Source: a virus
IMG/VR virus record: IMGVR_UViG_3300046836_000255
DNA length: 43,896 nucleotides
Strand: one strand, 5' to 3'
The position numbers and the translations under genes were made by a program. How positions within the stretch are numbered: position 1 is the first letter of the stretch; every line of letters starts with the position of its first letter. Shown here piece after piece: positions 40,360 through 43,896 of this stretch. The notes under the pieces were generated by a model. It ran no database searches. It worked only from the letters and a program-made list of their open reading frames with translations, and was not told the origin of the DNA.

Positions 40360-40547
40360 TGCCGCCTCGCCTCCAACCCCCACTCGATCACGATACGCAC
40401 GGCTTCGCTAAACCGCACGTTCAACTCGCGCGCCAGCTCGTCAACCTCGTCGCGTGCGTCAGGATCGAGCGCGACCATCACCCGCACCTTGCAGCCCCAG
40501 CGGTGCCCCTGGGTCGCGCGAAACGGCACGGCACGATACTCAGCCAT
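40356..40547 (-). CDS. Ribbon-helix-helix (CopG/Arc-like) protein (63 aa)
   Basis: VRVMVALDPDARDEVDELARELNVRFSEAVRIVIEWGLE is an RHH pattern. ATGA coupling with the downstream HTH gene. Confidence 0.65.
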   Translation of the reverse strand: MAEYRAVPFRATQGHRWGCKVRVMVALDPDARDEVDELARELNVRFSEAVRIVIEWGLEARRQ

Positions 40548-40618
40548 CGGATGAAACCTCGTTCCCACGGGCGGCCGAGCGACCCCCAGGCCGGCTCGAC
40601 CGCCCGCTTTGCCCCACC

Positions 40619-40999
40619 TTAGGCCCCATTCCCCTTCTTGCGCTGCGCACGCTTCTTCTTTGGCCCACGTTGCTTCAACAACCAATCCGCCATTTTCTCG
40701 CGCTCTTTCTTGAGATCGAGTTCGCGCGTCTTGACGTAACCGACGACCACCTGACCGTCAGGCCTCATCTCATCGCGCCGCACGTAGCCGAGTGCGGCGG
40801 CGGCCTGGGTCGAGGTTGCGTTGTTGGGGCGTCGCGTGGCGCCATCGAACCAACCATGAAACGTGGTGGCGGCGACGCCGCTGATCGCCGAGGCGGCGCC
40901 GTTGGTCAGGTGTTCCTCTGACTTGAGCACCGTGCGCAACGCATCGATGATGGGGTCTTTGTCAACGAAGCGGTAGTTGCGATAGATGTTGACTTTCAT
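40619..40999 (-). CDS. Hypothetical protein with Lys-rich basic tail (126 aa)
   Basis: Compact ORF; tail KQRGPKKKRAQRKKGNGA. Lys-rich rather than Arg-rich, unlike most of the genome. Confidence 0.65.
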   Translation of the reverse strand: MKVNIYRNYRFVDKDPIIDALRTVLKSEEHLTNGAASAISGVAATTFHGWFDGATRRPNNATSTQAAAALGYVRRDEMRPDGQVVVGYVKTRELDLKKEREKMADWLLKQRGPKKKRAQRKKGNGA

Positions 41000-41403
41000 T
41001 TCACGTACCTCGCTCGGTCGCGGCCTTTTTTCGTCAACGTGTAGCCGTCGCCTTTGTTCTGCACGACGCCTTCCTTTTTGAGCAGAAACAGGATGGATGC
41101 CGACGATGACGGCTTACGACCGGCCGCTGCAAAGGCGTTGTTAAAGTCCGCCTGCCGCAGCGGCTCCTTTGCCTTCATCAGTGTTTTCATGATGAGATCA
41201 GTGCCGGTCGCACCGGTTGGATCAACGAAGCGTGTCTTGCGCACTTTCTTCTCGTCACGCGCCTCACCGTTCACTTTTGCAGTCGGTGCATCGCCAAGAT
41301 CAAAGTCAACCTTCGCCACGCCGGGCGTCGAATGTAACAAGCGCATCACGCGACCGAGCGCGACCTCCTCTATCTTGAGCGACAGATCGAATAGTTTAGG
41401 CAT
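40996..41403 (-). CDS. Hypothetical protein with C-terminal winged-helix-like segment (135 aa)
   Basis: ATG at 41403 downstream of GAGGGAG; C-terminus ILFLLKKEGVVQNKGDGYTLTKKG. Confidence 0.65.
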   Translation of the reverse strand: MPKLFDLSLKIEEVALGRVMRLLHSTPGVAKVDFDLGDAPTAKVNGEARDEKKVRKTRFVDPTGATGTDLIMKTLMKAKEPLRQADFNNAFAAAGRKPSSSASILFLLKKEGVVQNKGDGYTLTKKGRDRARYVK

Positions 41404-41419
41404 TTGGTTCAAGCTCCCT

Positions 41420-41468
41420 CAAAAAGGAAAAGTCGCCGCGTAGGCTGTTAAGCCTAAGTCGCGGCGAC
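41420..41468 (-). terminator. Rho-independent terminator downstream of the integrase gene
   Basis: Minus strand: 9-bp stem gtcgccgcg/cgcggcgac (41432-41440 / 41460-41468) with an inner taggct/agccta stem, followed by cttttccttttt. Confidence 0.65.
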
Positions 41469-41544
41469 CCGATTTAGCGAACGTGCGAGCCGGGACGCCG
41501 GCTCAAGGCATCATGGGAGTGCCTCCTCCTCGTTCTCGCCTCCC

Positions 41545-42861
41545 TTACTCTGCCGCCACAAGCTGCGGCTGGTAGGTGAGCTGCGGCAGCGGCGCCGGCA
41601 GCGCGAGGTGGGTGAACTGGGCCTGCAGGCGCTGCACCTCAGGCAGCCGTGCGAGGCGGGCGATGGCGCCAACCGCGATGCGCGTGTCAGCCGCAACGTA
41701 CTTGCTGATGACCGCCGAGCAATCGATGCTGTGGCCGGTGATGCTGGCGATCTCGCGCTCGCTGCAGCCGGCAATCGCCAGCCACGTGATGGCGGTGCCA
41801 CGCAGATCATGCATGTGCAGCCGCAGCTGCTTGAACGTGCGATTGCCCCTCGCGTCCTTCCCCTCGATCATGGCGAAGGCGTTGGCGTCGCGCGTGACCA
41901 TGCTGAAGTAATACGACAGCGTGCGAGGCATCCACGCGCGGCCGTTGAGCGTGAGCACGTGCGCAGTCGGCTCGCCACGCATGGCGTCGAGGATGTCGCC
42001 AACGAACGGCAGCACCGGCACGAACACCGCCGACCGCGAGCCCATCTTGGCGCGGGTCTTCAGCGGCCAGATGTTGAAGCCACGCGCGCCGGTGACACGG
42101 TCGATCACGTAGTCGCCCCACAACAGCGAGCGCAGATCGCCGGCCCGCTGGCCGAGCGTAAGGGCGAGCAGGAACACCAGCTCCAGCTCGCGACACTTGT
42201 GCGCGGCGTCACCCTTACGCACCTCGTGCAGCCACGCGCCGATCTGGTCCTCATCGAAGACGGCGTTGGCGCGCTCGGACTGGTACAGCTTCTTGTACTT
42301 ACCAATCGGGTGGTGATCGAGCTTGTTCTGCTCGACGGCCCAGGCGAACAACGCGCACAGGGCGGTCATGTGAGCGTCAACCTCGCGCAGGCTCTTGCCA
42401 GCGGCGACGCGCTGCTGCTTGAGCTGGGTGCGGTAGGTCATGATGGCGCTGCGGAAGCTTTTATCCAGCAGCATGCTGATGGGCGTGTCGCCGAAGACCG
42501 CAGGGAGCACGTTGCCCTTGTCGTCGGTCACACGCGTCGCCTTGATCTGCGCGAAGATGCGCCTGTCGTTGTCGCGATGCGATTTCGAAGTGACTTTCAA
42601 ATCGTACTCGTCCGAGGTCGTGTAGGTGTCGATCAGACCGGCGAGCGTAGCGCGCTCGGTCCTCTGCTTGCCGACGAGTGCCTCCAGCTCGGCCCACTTG
42701 GCCTCGAACGCAGCGCTGCCGGGGGCGGGCAACTTCTCGCCGGTTGGACGGTGGCGGTAGTAGGTCGCGACGCTGCCATCGGCCAACGTCTTCTTGATGA
42801 TGTGAAGGCCCTTGCGCTCAACCACGTTGCTGATGCGCCCATTGTTGGAATGCGTCTTCAT
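41545..42861 (-). CDS. int: Tyrosine recombinase (phage integrase)
   Basis: 438 aa. Catalytic pattern LGQRAGDL (R), HMHDLRGT (H-x-x-R), TGHS (H), SKYV (Y). Confidence 0.93.
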   Translation of the reverse strand: MKTHSNNGRISNVVERKGLHIIKKTLADGSVATYYRHRPTGEKLPAPGSAAFEAKWAELEALVGKQRTERATLAGLIDTYTTSDEYDLKVTSKSHRDNDRRIFAQIKATRVTDDKGNVLPAVFGDTPISMLLDKSFRSAIMTYRTQLKQQRVAAGKSLREVDAHMTALCALFAWAVEQNKLDHHPIGKYKKLYQSERANAVFDEDQIGAWLHEVRKGDAAHKCRELELVFLLALTLGQRAGDLRSLLWGDYVIDRVTGARGFNIWPLKTRAKMGSRSAVFVPVLPFVGDILDAMRGEPTAHVLTLNGRAWMPRTLSYYFSMVTRDANAFAMIEGKDARGNRTFKQLRLHMHDLRGTAITWLAIAGCSEREIASITGHSIDCSAVISKYVAADTRIAVGAIARLARLPEVQRLQAQFTHLALPAPLPQLTYQPQLVAAE

Positions 42862-43051
42862 GTTCGTTTCCTTTGCTCTGGTTCAGGTTGGAGAGCCGGT
42901 CAATCGCTGCATCGATTGCGTGTCGGTCCCATCGGTTGGTGTGTTGTATTCGCTGCGGCATGAGCCCCCGAGTGATCCATCGGGAAAATTCTCGTGGCGT
43001 TGTCCCGCAGTAAACAGCTGCCTCCTCCCGGGAGAACAGCCGCTTGCTCAT
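42818..43051 (-). CDS. xis: Excisionase / AlpA-family HTH protein
   Basis: LFSREEAAVYCGTTPREFSRWITRGLMPQRI....RWDRHAIDAAID. Strong SD AAGGAGG upstream. Overlaps the int start by 44 nt. Confidence 0.78.
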   Translation of the reverse strand: MSKRLFSREEAAVYCGTTPREFSRWITRGLMPQRIQHTNRWDRHAIDAAIDRLSNLNQSKGNEHEDAFQQWAHQQRG

Positions 43052-43160
43052 GTGGTGTTTGGCCTCCTTTGTGTAACGGTTGCGCCGCGTTGGTTGTCCA
43101 ACGGCCCAAAATGTACATCAATAATGGACGCCGTGCTAGCCGGTTCTCGGGACAATCTGG

Positions 43161-43412
43161 CTAGGACAATGGTCCTAAGCCGAGGCGCCGGGCAAGCTCG
43201 TCCAGCGCCGGCCGGCACGCCTCCAGCAGCTCGGCGGGGACGGGGATGTAGGCGGCGTCACCGCTGGTGGCGAGTACCCCCGCCAGGGCGGTGAGCTGTG
43301 CAACGAGCACGGACTTGGGCGCGCGGTACATCAGTACAAAATGGTCTGGCTGCTCGTCGTAAATCGCGAGCGGCGTCATTGCGTCAAGCTTGGGTAATCT
43401 CAAGTCCGTCAT
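43161..43412 (-). CDS. Hypothetical protein (83 aa) downstream of the repressor; start uncertain (alternative ATG at 43379)
   Basis: ORF MTDLRLPKLDAMTPLAIYDEQPDHFVLMYRAPKS... overlaps the repressor 3' end by 29 nt if it starts at 43412. Confidence 0.5.
   Translation of the reverse strand: MTDLRLPKLDAMTPLAIYDEQPDHFVLMYRAPKSVLVAQLTALAGVLATSGDAAYIPVPAELLEACRPALDELARRLGLGPLS
43162..43177. promoter_or_regulatory. Perfect 6-4-6 palindrome TAGGAC-AATG-GTCCTA (operator-like), with a nearby GGACAAT direct repeat
   Basis: Read directly at 43162-43177; GGACAAT also at 43149-43155. Confidence 0.35.
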
Positions 43413-43896
43413 GAGATACCTTGGCGATTTTACGGACGACGCCGATGATTTCGATTGTACCGCCAACGATAAGGGGGGCTGGCTGCGCTCGGAGGGGAAG
43501 CGCATACAGGTACGGCGGCAAATATACCCTGAGCAAGTGGCCTTTGGTCCCATACTCCACGATCACAACGTCGCGAGGTCGCGCTGTGCTCGCCTCCTCG
43601 ACAACGATGAACACACCCCTCGTTAGATGCCAGCCCGCCATCATCTCCGACTCGACGCGCCACAGCGTCGAGCGTTTTACTCGTGATAACATCCTCTTAA
43701 TTTTAGTGCGCAGTGCGCCACCGAAGTCATCAGGCGAAACCTGCACCACGTCGCGGATCACGGCTGCAGCTTCGTCGCCATGCGCAAGCCATTCGTGCGG
43801 AACATTGTAGAGTTGCGCGAGCTGACGAAGTCGGGCGGCACGCGGTTCGTTGGTGCCATCTTCCCACTGCGAGACAGACGAGCGCGTGCATTTCAA
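43384..43896 (-). CDS. CI-like repressor, C-terminal part (partial in window; its N-terminus is at 202..128 of the circular map)
   Basis: Continues the XRE HTH (SVSQWEDGTNEPRAARLRQLAQLYNVPHEWL), then an S24/LexA-like fold pattern (RVESEMMAG...GVFIVVEE....RDVVIVEYG.KGHLLRVY....IIGVV). Confidence 0.85.
   Translation of the reverse strand: MKCTRSSVSQWEDGTNEPRAARLRQLAQLYNVPHEWLAHGDEAAAVIRDVVQVSPDDFGGALRTKIKRMLSRVKRSTLWRVESEMMAGWHLTRGVFIVVEEASTARPRDVVIVEYGTKGHLLRVYLPPYLYALPLRAQPAPLIVGGTIEIIGVVRKIAKVSHDGLEITQA
43770..43896. repeat. Terminal direct repeat, right copy (identical to 1-127)
   Basis: Same 127-nt string as 1-127. It lies inside the repressor coding sequence, so it looks like a circularisation overlap rather than a functional repeat. 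Confidence 0.95.

Larger units (their letters stand above)
1..43896. mobile_element. Complete temperate phage genome (podovirus-like morphogenesis module, integrase/repressor lysogeny module); ends overlap so the molecule closes into a circle
   Basis: Terminase, portal, scaffold, capsid, tail and lysis genes plus integrase, excisionase and CI-like repressor are all present. The 127-bp ends are identical. There are no cellular housekeeping genes. Confidence 0.9.

Overview
The window is one complete, circularly closing temperate phage genome. Bases 1-127 are repeated exactly at 43770-43896, so the unique length is 43,769 bp. The sequence is high-GC by eye (not computed). No rRNA, tRNA, CRISPR array or transposase was found.

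Layout:
- Rightward (+) block, 554-37839. It opens with an early/replication module: a GcrA-like regulator, an Hjc-like resolvase, a PD-(D/E)XK nuclease, an SSB-like protein, an AEP primase fused to a RepA-like helicase, and a dense GCAACCAT iteron array that is the probable origin. A podovirus-like late module follows in T7-like order: putative TerS, TerL, endolysin, portal, fibre-like genes, scaffold, SU10-type major capsid protein, adaptor, nozzle, internal virion proteins, tail lysozyme and a collar-domain tail fibre.
- Leftward (-) block, 37954-43896, continuing into 1-202. It holds a CI-like repressor that spans the artificial window junction, an excisionase, a tyrosine integrase and about ten small accessory genes.

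The GcrA-like gene points to an alphaproteobacterial host.

Most worth a second look:
- the iteron origin (7789-8008);
- a 360-bp non-coding region with a repeated CCGGTTTACAG motif and two strong hairpins (38305-38668);
- a stack of palindromes plus 10-bp-phased T-tracts upstream of the head genes (10900-11104);
- an amidase fused to an RlpA-like domain;
- a 927-aa fibre-like protein with a Sec-type signal peptide inside the structural operon;
- an uncharacterised small-gene island next to the integrase.

All functional calls rest on motifs recognised by eye. No database search was run.
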